64,000 bases of DNA from a virus (lineage: Duplodnaviria; Caudoviricetes): positions 321 through 64,320 of the IMG/VR virus record IMGVR_UViG_3300028591_002825; one strand, written 5' to 3'. The position numbers and the translations under genes were made by a program. The notes under the pieces are model-generated. The model was not told the origin of the DNA, made no database searches, and saw only the letters and a list, made by a program, of their open reading frames with translations. Shown here piece after piece: positions 53,459-62,852 of the stretch (position 1 is the stretch's first letter; each line of letters starts with the position of its first letter).

Positions 53459-54427
53459 TTATATAAACTCCACATCAGATTTAGGTTTTAACATTCTATA
53501 AACTTCATAATTTGGGCCCGTCATCCTGCACGGTATATCACACATTGACATATTTGTTATGGCAAGGTCTTTTTTAGTCAAAATATCTTTATCCATTATA
53601 TGACCAATTATTTGATACGGCTTATGACAACAATACATAACTTCACCACGTTCATTCAAAGCAATCTGTGCCCACTGCGCAGTACAAGTCTCTTGTTGAA
53701 CATCTAACATAGACCATTTATAGTTTAATGTAACCCGACTATCTAAACTTTGTATCTGCTTTATAGCTGTAATAATATTAGTAGGTAATGAGTCAAAATA
53801 CTCAGGCAATAAATTTTTATAATAACTACCATTAGTAGATTCCATAGGTCTAATACTTATATAATCTACTGGCAAGTCTTTATTACCATCGTAAAACTTG
53901 TAAACTTCCTCTACTGATTTTGCAAGTAATTGAATACCGAGTTTAGTTGTTGGTTGTTTACGATTTGCAAACTCTACTATGTTCTCTCGTACATTTTTAT
54001 AAACGCCTGATACGCCTCGTCTATCTTTATAACTACTGTCATCCCAGGCATCAAGCGATACCTTTAAATAAGCCGGATTGCACACAATATATTTATTAAA
54101 ATTTGTATTAATACCATATTTTATATTATGTGAATCCAACCAATCGACAATCTTATCAAAATCTTTTGATATTGTTGGTTCACCACCACCAGTTAATATA
54201 AACCCTTGAACGCCCAAATCTATAAGCCTATTTGCATATTTTATAAAATCTGAAATTGACATATAATTTGCACCATCATCTAATTCCCAACGTCTATATG
54301 TGCAATATGGGCAGTTATTATTACAATAATTATTAAGAAAAATATCTGCTGTTATAGGTTTTTGATTACCAAATATTCGGTCAATATGTGCAAACATTTT
54401 ATCACCAGTTATACTACTTATCATCAT
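53459..54427 (-). CDS. Radical SAM enzyme with C-terminal SPASM/twitch-like Cys cluster
   Basis: CNNNCPYC, LTGGGEPT, INTN, C...W.....G.V..CC..C. Confidence 0.88.
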   Translation of the reverse strand: MMISSITGDKMFAHIDRIFGNQKPITADIFLNNYCNNNCPYCTYRRWELDDGANYMSISDFIKYANRLIDLGVQGFILTGGGEPTISKDFDKIVDWLDSHNIKYGINTNFNKYIVCNPAYLKVSLDAWDDSSYKDRRGVSGVYKNVRENIVEFANRKQPTTKLGIQLLAKSVEEVYKFYDGNKDLPVDYISIRPMESTNGSYYKNLLPEYFDSLPTNIITAIKQIQSLDSRVTLNYKWSMLDVQQETCTAQWAQIALNERGEVMYCCHKPYQIIGHIMDKDILTKKDLAITNMSMCDIPCRMTGPNYEVYRMLKPKSDVEFI

Positions 54428-54809
54428 CAACCCCCAATAATGTTTTAATGTTTTTAGAAAGTCGAACATAACCATTGGCTATAGCATCATCAACATCAAT
54501 AATAACGAGTGCAGACTGTTCCATAAGCCGCTGAATTTCAGGCTCAGCATGTGCATAATAATCTGCTATCTTAGCATAATTAAACACTATATGTCTGGTT
54601 GCGGCAAACATTAAAAAATCTTTCACATCTTCAGGAACATTTGACCGTGCTATATTTCTTGCTAACTCTATATATTTAGTCTTATCATACAGCTCCCATA
54701 AATTTGGCTTTATACTACTGGGCAAATATTGAGGTATATCTACCTTTGTACTATATTTTTTATCAATAACCGCTTCTTTATTTTTAACTGGAAACAAACG
54801 GCTCATCAA
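54414..54809 (-). CDS. Small accessory protein (ParB C-terminal-like family seen beside phage DNA glycosyltransferases)
   Basis: FL..AATRH.VFNY.KIADYYAHA..E.Q.LME.SALVIID.DDAIANGYV. Confidence 0.6.
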   Translation of the reverse strand: MMSRLFPVKNKEAVIDKKYSTKVDIPQYLPSSIKPNLWELYDKTKYIELARNIARSNVPEDVKDFLMFAATRHIVFNYAKIADYYAHAEPEIQRLMEQSALVIIDVDDAIANGYVRLSKNIKTLLGVDDDK

Positions 54810-55990
54810 ATTACCCCCAACGGCTCTGTAAATACTTGTGTTATCCTTTCATTAATTGTGCATTGACTATCAACAAATAAATCATGCTGTTTTTGTTGAA
54901 TCATAGAATAATCATCTTTCAACCTATCTAATTTATCTGGTATTTGAGAAAATGAATCATAAATCAACGCATCATCGTGGAAATTAATTATTTCAGAATA
55001 CTTTCGTGAAAATAAAACGGGCAAACCACAATCAATCATTTCTAAATTTGCATACTCAACTGCTGAACCCCAAATTTTAGCTTTTTTTACAAGTAAACTA
55101 TTTTCTCTTGAATCCTCTACAACCCAAGTATCACCAATTAAACTTTTAGTCTTTTTACAACTACTTTTGCTACCGAGTATACAACAAATACCAGCATAAT
55201 AATTTGACCACCTATTTATTGCATCTAAACTATATGATGGGTATATTGTAAGTTTACCACTAACTGGTTCATCATCGTAACATTTAAATGCAAACTCGGG
55301 CTTTAATTGTTTTGGGGATTTTGATATGTCAAATAATGTCAATAATTGAGGCGGTGTGCTTATAGTACCAGATTTATTAAAATTAAATCTTGCACCTTCA
55401 TGGATAAAATAATAATTTGAACCCAAAAACTTTGTATCAATGCTTTTAAAATAAGATAGTGTACCTTTAAACGCTTCAACTCTACCGGCGGTTAATACAA
55501 TTTTACTACGCTTATCTAATGATAAGTGTGGCACTTCTGAAAAAGTGAAAGCATTTACATTTAAATAAATACAATTTTTAACTATATCTAATATATTGGG
55601 GTTTATAGAAAAATAATAATCAAAATCAACAGAATACTTTTTAAGATGTGCAAGTAACCGTAATAATCGTTCTATATTTCTATCACAATATAAATAACAA
55701 AACTCTATATTTGGCAATTCTGTACGCAATTTTGCGATATTGGATACTGCGCTATCTAAATCGTTATCATAAAAAGTTAAAAATATTACTCTGTCATAAA
55801 TAGAAATAATTTCTTTTAACTCAATAATTGTATCATAAAATTTTATATTTGCCAACCCCAAAGGTTTAAATTGTAACGGGTGTACAATATCCTTAAAATA
55901 TACATCGAACCCTAATTTACTATACTCTATGCCCAGTTTAGCTATACCACCACCATCAAATCCAGTAGCATTAATTATAACTGTTTTCAT
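54806..55990 (-). CDS. T4 alpha-glucosyltransferase-like GT-B enzyme
   Basis: Recalled T4 AGT motifs align: ATGFDGGGIAK (ARGLEGCGVTK), GRVEAFKG (GRTTTWKG), AVEYANLEMIDCG (SLEYTHLELGACG). Confidence 0.68.
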   Translation of the reverse strand: MKTVIINATGFDGGGIAKLGIEYSKLGFDVYFKDIVHPLQFKPLGLANIKFYDTIIELKEIISIYDRVIFLTFYDNDLDSAVSNIAKLRTELPNIEFCYLYCDRNIERLLRLLAHLKKYSVDFDYYFSINPNILDIVKNCIYLNVNAFTFSEVPHLSLDKRSKIVLTAGRVEAFKGTLSYFKSIDTKFLGSNYYFIHEGARFNFNKSGTISTPPQLLTLFDISKSPKQLKPEFAFKCYDDEPVSGKLTIYPSYSLDAINRWSNYYAGICCILGSKSSCKKTKSLIGDTWVVEDSRENSLLVKKAKIWGSAVEYANLEMIDCGLPVLFSRKYSEIINFHDDALIYDSFSQIPDKLDRLKDDYSMIQQKQHDLFVDSQCTINERITQVFTEPLGVI

Positions 55991-56963
55991 TTTCTATAGA
56001 TTCCCCATACCACGCTTTAGTTATCTCAACATCACATTTAATCGGAATACTTAAAGCACTCTTAGCGGCTTCTGACATAAGCTGTGCGAATCTTTCAGAA
56101 CATTCTTTTACATTTTCTTCTGGACACTCTGCTATTAATTCATCATGGACAGGTATGAGAAGTCTGAACCCTAATTCTTTTAATCTCTTATCATTGCCAA
56201 CTAAAATCATTGCTAACTTCGACATATCTGCCGCACTTCCTTGGATTCTTGAATTTACGCATTGTCTTTGTGCATCTGCTATTTTAGCTCCATTATCAAC
56301 AATCCATATTCCTTCTCTATTAGCTTCTTCAAATATTTTCCGCTTCTGACTAAAATAACAGTTATTCAGTTTCTTTAAATATTTTCTTTGAAGCTCTTCT
56401 GGAACTTCTGGCTCTGACATTTCTTCTGTTAAATCAAAATCTAACAAATCATCATCAGGCGGCGCTCCATCTTTCCACTTAAACTCATATTCAGGCAGTT
56501 GCAAATCAGGAAGTCTACGTTTTCTACCCCACAACGTAGTAACGTATCCTTTTTCATAAGCCATATCCAATGAATCTTCTTCAAATTGTGGAATTGCCGG
56601 AAAACCCTTAAATACAGAATCTTTTATTGCTTGTGCTTTTTTAATAGTTGTTCCCAACTGTTCAGCAATACTTGGCACTCCTCTGCCATACAACACTCCG
56701 AGCAATATTGACTTTGCCTGTGAGCGTCTATTTTTTCCTTCGGGATTAGTTGTACCGTCTGGACGAAACTCCAAGCAGTTTTCATAAGTCGTGTTAAAGG
56801 ACAAAGCGGCGATTTCTGCATATAAATCTTTCCCTTCTTGATATGCTTTAATCATCTTCGGGTCGCCACACATCTGCGTCATTACTTTTGGTTCCTGCTG
56901 TGACTAAGAATAGTCGCTGGACATAAGTACATAACTTTTTCTTGTCCTAATCGACCGTTTCAT
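55971..56963 (-). CDS. polA: Family A DNA polymerase, C-terminal piece (motifs A, B, C), with in-frame TAG at 56904..56906
   Basis: Own RBS AAGGAGG; MKRSIRTRKSYVLMSSDYS*SQQEPK; RSQAKSILLGVLYG; QGSAAD; PVHDE. Confidence 0.8.
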
Positions 56964-57657
56964 TAGCATCACCCTCCTTTCTAAACCATTTCGGATATTC
57001 ATACTTAGTCTTATTTCTACCATAAGTAAAATATCCGTGTTCAATACTCTGTTTTATTTTTCTCTGATATACACATTCTGCTTTTGTATTAAACGGATTT
57101 TCAACATTTGACCACCATTTCCACGCATCACGATATGAATGAAAATTAAAATGTGTTCCGTTCTCTAAAACACAATAACATCCTATAGAACGTGTATCAC
57201 CTGTGCCAAAGTTATGATTTCCTTTTGCTTTTTCAGATAATTTTCTTTTATGTTCTTCTGTAAATGGATTCTCTTTTCTATACTGCTTCATTGACCGTGA
57301 AATTTTAGAACGTGTTTCCTTACTTCGCATACGTTCTGAATGTTTCCTTTTTACATCGTCAAGAAACATTACATTATTATTTCCACCATCAACCATATTA
57401 TATCCATCTTTAATACAATTATACTTTGCTATATAGTATCTCTCCAGAATATTCAAATCTTCTATATTGTCCACATCACAAATCTTTTCAAATTTGAAAT
57501 TCTCAATACCATACTTTCGCATAGCATTATAAAGATGATTTTTATGACCGTGTTTCGCAGTATTTATATGTTGCCATTTACGTTCTTCTAATGTTCTAAC
57601 AGTTTGACCAACATATATCTTTCCATTTACAATATTCGTTATCTTATAAATTAACAC
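56947..57657 (-). CDS. GIY-YIG homing endonuclease with NUMOD3-like repeats
   Basis: LIYKITN..NGKIYVGQT; LE..YI..YN...GYN; GTG start after AGGAGGTG. Confidence 0.85.
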   Translation of the reverse strand: MLIYKITNIVNGKIYVGQTVRTLEERKWQHINTAKHGHKNHLYNAMRKYGIENFKFEKICDVDNIEDLNILERYYIAKYNCIKDGYNMVDGGNNNVMFLDDVKRKHSERMRSKETRSKISRSMKQYRKENPFTEEHKRKLSEKAKGNHNFGTGDTRSIGCYCVLENGTHFNFHSYRDAWKWWSNVENPFNTKAECVYQRKIKQSIEHGYFTYGRNKTKYEYPKWFRKEGDANETVD

Positions 57658-57676
57658 ATAATCACCTCCTGATATT

Positions 57677-57705
57677 ATTCTATCACGATATATGATTATT
57701 GTCAA
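57677..57705 (-). promoter_or_regulatory. Internal promoter driving the endonuclease and polA C-piece
   Basis: TTGACA-17bp-TAGAAT. Confidence 0.65.
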
Positions 57706-57733
57706 TAAGATAACTTATCATGTAAAATCCTAC

Positions 57734-58399
57734 TTACAATATATACTCACGAATAAATCTATTTGCGTAATCTGGATGTATCATGCTTCGATTAACAGTT
57801 GTATTATGACTTATATCTTCACGCTTTTTATTCTTATAATTAGGCGCGGAGAAAATAAAATTATGTTTTGGTTCACAATTTATAAACCAATATTGAGTAG
57901 GCTTTTTATAATAATCACCTTTACGACTTCTATCTACATCTATTATTTTTGGTTTCAATGCCCAATAATCTGTTAATATATGTGTAGTGCTTTTTGGATT
58001 TTCAATAATTAACTTTAAACCACGTTTTAAACAAATCAATACCAATTTTGTTACTAAATCATAATACTCTGCCAATTCTGCGAACAATTCTCTATCACGC
58101 TCCAATTTCTTTTCGATTGGCCAATCTTTATAACCAGCATTATTTCCTTGAAAAGCCAATCTTATTTGATGGCAAAATCGAACACATGGGAAAAACGCAA
58201 TTATCAAATCATCACTATTTACACTGTCAAAAATTGACGGTTCATCAACATAACCCGCCCTAATTTCCTTAAATAAATCAATTTGATAATCGGTTTGACC
58301 AAAATCATTTAAAATATCATAATCAAATGCTTCTATGCCAAATTTCTTAAACTCATTCTTAAAAGTCCCACTTTGTTCAAATAAACAATGTACAATCAT
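57734..58399 (-). CDS. Compact DNA cytosine-C5 methyltransferase-like protein
   Basis: CLFEQSG (motif I-like), FFPC (IV), IIENP (VI), KKPTQYW (VIII). Confidence 0.65.
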   Translation of the reverse strand: MIVHCLFEQSGTFKNEFKKFGIEAFDYDILNDFGQTDYQIDLFKEIRAGYVDEPSIFDSVNSDDLIIAFFPCVRFCHQIRLAFQGNNAGYKDWPIEKKLERDRELFAELAEYYDLVTKLVLICLKRGLKLIIENPKSTTHILTDYWALKPKIIDVDRSRKGDYYKKPTQYWFINCEPKHNFIFSAPNYKNKKREDISHNTTVNRSMIHPDYANRFIREYIL

Positions 58400-58406
58400 T
58401 TTTTTT

Positions 58407-59975
58407 TCACCTAAAATCAATAACAACTTCATCCTGTTGAATATCTACTTTTGCGACATTTACACAAGAACCATCATCAAGTAACAACTCATCGCCGGCA
58501 ACGATTTTGTCTGCGTATTTCCATTTATCGGCACACTCTACTTCGCACCACCTGTCTACTACAAATTGTTGTGTATCTGTTGATACCAAATTTTCTTCAT
58601 TTGTAGCGACAAACATTTTTCTAATCTCTTTATTATGACTGGGAATGTTCTGCATATTGGGATTCTCAGAAGAGAATCTTCCTGTTCTCGCACCGTACTG
58701 ATTAAAGCTACAATGAATACGACCGTCTTTGGGGTTCACACAATCAGGCAGTTTATCTATAAAAGTATCCACTATTGTAGAAAACTCTCTATAGTCTAAT
58801 ACTGCTTTTGCGACTGGATTATCCATACTTCTTAATGTCGCTTCATTTGTTGTTCTTACTTCCTTCTTTGTTTTCTTATCTACAGGAACTTCACAACCCA
58901 TAATATCATAAAGAAGAATAGCAAGCTGTGAGGAAGATTTAATATTAATTGGGTCATCTAATTTACAATTAGCTCCCATCTTTCTTCTATATGCTTCTAT
59001 ATCATCTCTATATGTATCACAGATTGCATTAAACTGTTTTATCCTATCATCAAGTAATGCATGATATTTGTCTTTAAGGAATTGATTATATTCAAAATCG
59101 AACTTTATTCCATTATCTTCCATATCACAAACTACTTTGATACAAGGCATTTCAATATTGAAGAATACCCAAGATACGCCGTTCATTCCGTTTCTTGCTT
59201 CTGGCGTACATGTTCTATCGTAGTATACAAACTGCTTTTGATACTGGTATAACTCATAAGTGATAATAGCGTCATGTGCGGCATACAGATAGAATGAATT
59301 GATTGGAATTTTATCTGCTGATACGCCTTTAAATAAAGCATCAAATGAAAACGCATCACCTTGTCCATTAAGTACATACTTCCTATGTAGTGCTTTCAGA
59401 CCATTATGCTCTTCATTTTCATTCATCAATCTCGCCGCAAGATATGCGTCCCATGTACAATAAATATCTTTCACGCCGAGCTGATTTCTTATAACTCGCA
59501 TATCGAACTTGGCGTTGAACATGATAATCTCAATATTAGTATCGTGAATTATCATATCAAATTCTTCTGCCACATCTTGTTCTGTAAGCTGATTATCTAC
59601 TCTTGCACCAGTTACATAAGAAGTATGATTAATTGGAACATATGCAGCTTTTTCATTAGGTGTATACAGACACAGACCTACAATACTATCAAGAATTGGG
59701 TCAAGACCCGTTGTCTCTGTATCTATTGCTACTACACCATTATTTACACACTTTGCAAAATAATCATGCAATTCATCTTGATTTCTAATAATTGCATAAT
59801 CATCCTTAAACTGTCCAAGATTTTTTTCAACCATAGCTTTTATCTGATTGATTTTAGCTAATAGTGAATTTCCACCTCGGACAGTTGTTTGTGCTTTTCT
59901 ACTTGTATTTGATTTTTTAGCAAGTTTATTATCTTGCTCTCTTCCCGCCCGCTTTGGAATACTAAATAAAGGCAT
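58407..59975 (-). CDS. polA: Family A DNA polymerase, N-terminal piece (3'-5' exonuclease + part of polymerase) with a Hint-like tail
   Basis: AIDTETTGL, FNAKFD, YAAHDA, GARTGRFSS..PNMQNIP; ends EIRKMFVAT plus 64 extra residues. Confidence 0.85.
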   Translation of the reverse strand: MPLFSIPKRAGREQDNKLAKKSNTSRKAQTTVRGGNSLLAKINQIKAMVEKNLGQFKDDYAIIRNQDELHDYFAKCVNNGVVAIDTETTGLDPILDSIVGLCLYTPNEKAAYVPINHTSYVTGARVDNQLTEQDVAEEFDMIIHDTNIEIIMFNAKFDMRVIRNQLGVKDIYCTWDAYLAARLMNENEEHNGLKALHRKYVLNGQGDAFSFDALFKGVSADKIPINSFYLYAAHDAIITYELYQYQKQFVYYDRTCTPEARNGMNGVSWVFFNIEMPCIKVVCDMEDNGIKFDFEYNQFLKDKYHALLDDRIKQFNAICDTYRDDIEAYRRKMGANCKLDDPINIKSSSQLAILLYDIMGCEVPVDKKTKKEVRTTNEATLRSMDNPVAKAVLDYREFSTIVDTFIDKLPDCVNPKDGRIHCSFNQYGARTGRFSSENPNMQNIPSHNKEIRKMFVATNEENLVSTDTQQFVVDRWCEVECADKWKYADKIVAGDELLLDDGSCVNVAKVDIQQDEVVIDFR

Positions 59976-60091
59976 GTTATCTTCTCCTATATAATTGCCG
60001 ACTGCATGAAGTAAAAATTTCACGAAAAATCTTCATACAACATTGTGTATTTGTACGGAAAGGAGGGAAAGCGTGCCGACAACTTATTCAA

Positions 60092-60772
60092 TTAATATAC
60101 ATCTCCTCTACGACCCGGCGTTCTACGTCTCGGCGCCTCATCACGGTCTCTGTCTCTGCTCTCTCGTCTACGAACAGGCTGTTCATCTTCATCATCACCA
60201 TCAGGCGGAAAATATCCGCTTTCAAGATAGAAGTCCATGTCCTCTGCTGACTTATCGAGAACAAGACCACCAAGAGGATTCGGCACTTCCGGTAAATCTT
60301 CAAGCGTAGTATTATCCTTCGACACTTCAAAAAATTCATAAGTAGTAGAAGTATCGCCCTTTTTACCCTTACGCTCAATGTCAAACTCATGCGCACAAAG
60401 CGGAGTATCAGAATTAGAATATCTGCTACAGATAGATACCATTCTCTGTACAAACTTCTTTCCTCTCTCCCAAAGCTGTACTTTATCTTCATCTACATTA
60501 TAGATAGGGATGAACAGCTTTACTTGTGTAGACTTTTTCTCACGACAAAACGGGCATGTGTCAAGAGGCTGTCTATACTCTCTGAGACAGTTTACATATC
60601 TCTTTCTGCCATCTTCGCCTTCAATCTGATGAACTGCAAATGCTTCTACATCATCAATTCCATTATACATGAATCTGACTCTTGCAGTATCGCCATCATC
60701 TTTCAAAGAGAAGAATCCTGCTCCCCCCTGACCACCATACTTATCAACTTCATCATACCTGACTCGACCCAT
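60092..60772 (-). CDS. Single-stranded DNA-binding protein (gp32-like)
   Basis: FFSLKDDGD..RVRF, C..C zinc site, acidic C-terminal tail. Confidence 0.72.
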   Translation of the reverse strand: MGRVRYDEVDKYGGQGGAGFFSLKDDGDTARVRFMYNGIDDVEAFAVHQIEGEDGRKRYVNCLREYRQPLDTCPFCREKKSTQVKLFIPIYNVDEDKVQLWERGKKFVQRMVSICSRYSNSDTPLCAHEFDIERKGKKGDTSTTYEFFEVSKDNTTLEDLPEVPNPLGGLVLDKSAEDMDFYLESGYFPPDGDDEDEQPVRRRESRDRDRDEAPRRRTPGRRGDVY

Positions 60773-60798
60773 AGTTACTCCTTTCAATAGTGTTTATA

Positions 60799-61131
60799 TT
60801 ATTCACCAGACAGCGCACGTTTCATTGCTTCATACGTTGCCGAGTAAATTACTTTGTAAAGACGTTCCCAATCTTCTTCTGTAAAAGAAGCTACAGATTC
60901 ACTAACTGGAACAGTTATTTCTTCTGGTACATATTCTTCTTTTTTAATGTTAAACTTAGCTTCAAGTGCGTCTGCTACCAACATAGAGATTCTGTTAGTC
61001 TCAAACGATGAAGAAAAATAAGTTGTACCAACACCAATAATACGCTGTACTTCTGCTTGTGTAACTCCACGCCGCTTAAAGCACTTCTGCAATTTCTCTT
61101 TGTCAATAGCTACCATTTTCTTTCCGCTCAT
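60799..61131 (-). CDS. Putative HTH DNA-binding protein
   Basis: GVTQAEVQRIIGVGTTYFS. Confidence 0.5.
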   Translation of the reverse strand: MSGKKMVAIDKEKLQKCFKRRGVTQAEVQRIIGVGTTYFSSSFETNRISMLVADALEAKFNIKKEEYVPEEITVPVSESVASFTEEDWERLYKVIYSATYEAMKRALSGE

Positions 61132-61210
61132 AATTTTCTCCTTTTTAATAGTGATTATAGTTTCTTACTGTCTTTCGACTCTTATATAGTAACATGTATC
61201 ATAATGTTTG

Positions 61211-62233
61211 TCAATAGTATTTTTTCAAATTGAGCAACTCTTCTTTAGTGCAATCGTTTGCATCTTTTCTTCCTTCTGGAAAGAAATATTCTGATATAAT
61301 TTTGGTATTCTTCATATTCTTTCTTATTCTTTCTCTCGCCGCTAATCCTCTTTCATCCATATCTGTAGCAAGTATTATTTCTCTACAAGGTAATTCTCTT
61401 AACTGTTTAAACTGTAATTCATTACCGAGACCGTTTAGTGCTACAGCACACTTTCCTACTGTCCAGAATGATAATGCGTCTAACATTGATTCACAAACAA
61501 TCAACTCATCTATACCTTTTGCTGAACCGTCTAATTTAACAACCTCATATTTCTCAAATGCTCCTATTTTATGTAGTTCATACAATCCATAAAGCGGCTT
61601 TTCTACTCCTTCTGGATAATTAAAGAATTTTGTCTTTACAGACCGTCGAGCAATAAACAGACAATTTCCACGAATATCACGCACAGGAAAGGTAATTGCT
61701 TGCATATCTCTATCATATCCAATATCAAACAATTCAATAATTTCATCTGTTAATCCTCTTTTATACATGTAAGGATGTGTATATCTATATTTATCTAATT
61801 CTTCTTCTGTTACCCAATTATTATTAATTTTGTCAGCTTTAATACTGTTTTTATCGGCCATATTACTACGCCGAAAATCAAGCGCAACATCTTTCCTCTC
61901 CTCCACTTGTACTATTGCAAAGTTCTTTAATAGCCATGTCCACCCCCATGTACCTATTAAATCTTCATCATGTCCAAAACAATGAGATATTACTTCTGGT
62001 AGAGTATGTATTTCACCACACGCAAAACAATGAAATATTCCATCACTCTTCCTTATACCCGCAGAAGGTTTTCTCTCCATTCCGTTAGAGTGATAAGGAC
62101 ATGTAATCTGTATATGGTCTCCGCTGTTTCTTTGTTTTGCTATAAGAGGAATATTATTAGCTCTTAATTGATTGACTAATTCAGTCAATATATCTTCAAG
62201 AGCACAATTAAATTGCACATCATTTATTATCAT
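61211..62233 (-). CDS. DNA primase (DnaG-like, CHC2 zinc finger + TOPRIM)
   Basis: CPYH...E.KPS, HCFACG, CESMLDAL, LATDMDERG. Confidence 0.88.
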   Translation of the reverse strand: MIINDVQFNCALEDILTELVNQLRANNIPLIAKQRNSGDHIQITCPYHSNGMERKPSAGIRKSDGIFHCFACGEIHTLPEVISHCFGHDEDLIGTWGWTWLLKNFAIVQVEERKDVALDFRRSNMADKNSIKADKINNNWVTEEELDKYRYTHPYMYKRGLTDEIIELFDIGYDRDMQAITFPVRDIRGNCLFIARRSVKTKFFNYPEGVEKPLYGLYELHKIGAFEKYEVVKLDGSAKGIDELIVCESMLDALSFWTVGKCAVALNGLGNELQFKQLRELPCREIILATDMDERGLAARERIRKNMKNTKIISEYFFPEGRKDANDCTKEELLNLKKYY

Positions 62234-62507
62234 CTGTCTTTTCTCCCATCATATTTACCTTGCACTTGATAATTCCAAAAATGGAATCAATCATTATCCA
62301 GTGTGTTGAATACCTGTTTATGCCTTTTAAAACTTCTCTTTCTGTTTCTTCAAGCAGTGTTATCATATCTGCTTTACTGATAACATCTGCGGCGGGAATG
62401 TCTGACAAAATCTGCACTGCTTCTTTTCCGTTTGGTGCTTGTATGTGGTCAATGTCATTGTCCATGAATTCTATGATTGCTACATCACGTGAGATATAAT
62501 CACTCAT
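62220..62507 (-). CDS. Hypothetical protein
   Basis: DYISRD.AI...IPAADV pattern. Confidence 0.6.
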   Translation of the reverse strand: MSDYISRDVAIIEFMDNDIDHIQAPNGKEAVQILSDIPAADVISKADMITLLEETEREVLKGINRYSTHWIMIDSIFGIIKCKVNMMGEKTDDNK

Positions 62508-62691
62508 TGTCTTCCTCCGCTCTTTTGTTCAACCATTTAATCAACCCGTCACCAGCAGGAGCTATATTATCACCATAATCACACATCTCTTCTGCCGGGC
62601 AAGCGGAACAATCAAAGTAAAAATGATTTGCACATAGCTCTGCGGCGAGTTGTTCATTAGTCATTCGAGCAAGTCTTTCACGGTTTGTCAT
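62500..62691 (-). CDS. Hypothetical protein
   Basis: MTNRERLARMT.EQLA; C..CP. Confidence 0.6.
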   Translation of the reverse strand: MTNRERLARMTNEQLAAELCANHFYFDCSACPAEEMCDYGDNIAPAGDGLIKWLNKRAEEDNE

Positions 62692-62849
62692 GCTTCTTCC
62701 TCCGCTTCATTCTCTTCCTCTGTATCGTACTTCGGATAACAGATTGTATTGGCAATTCTTGAGAATGCCATTGTTAGGGCGTCTGCAAGTGTACGACTTG
62801 CACGCAGGTCTTCTGCTGTGGCTTTGATTTCAGTGATTGTGATTTTCAT
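62688..62849 (-). CDS. Hypothetical protein (53 aa)
   Basis: Manual translation MKITITEIKATAEDLRASR...; GGAGGA RBS. Confidence 0.55.
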   Translation of the reverse strand: MKITITEIKATAEDLRASRTLADALTMAFSRIANTICYPKYDTEEENEAEEEA

Positions 62850-62852
62850 GCT

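Noticed and set aside
56904-56906. Genome-wide TAG reassignment (code 15)
   Set aside because: Genes are intact under code 11, TAG ends real genes (e.g. 13905, 56947), no CUA-anticodon tRNA is seen, and Gln insertion would give DYSQSQQE rather than the canonical motif.
56963-58407. Group I/II intron joining the polA pieces
   Set aside because: No recognisable P7/P4 core or domain V; the interval is filled by two ORFs, an internal promoter and a dedicated RBS for the C-piece.
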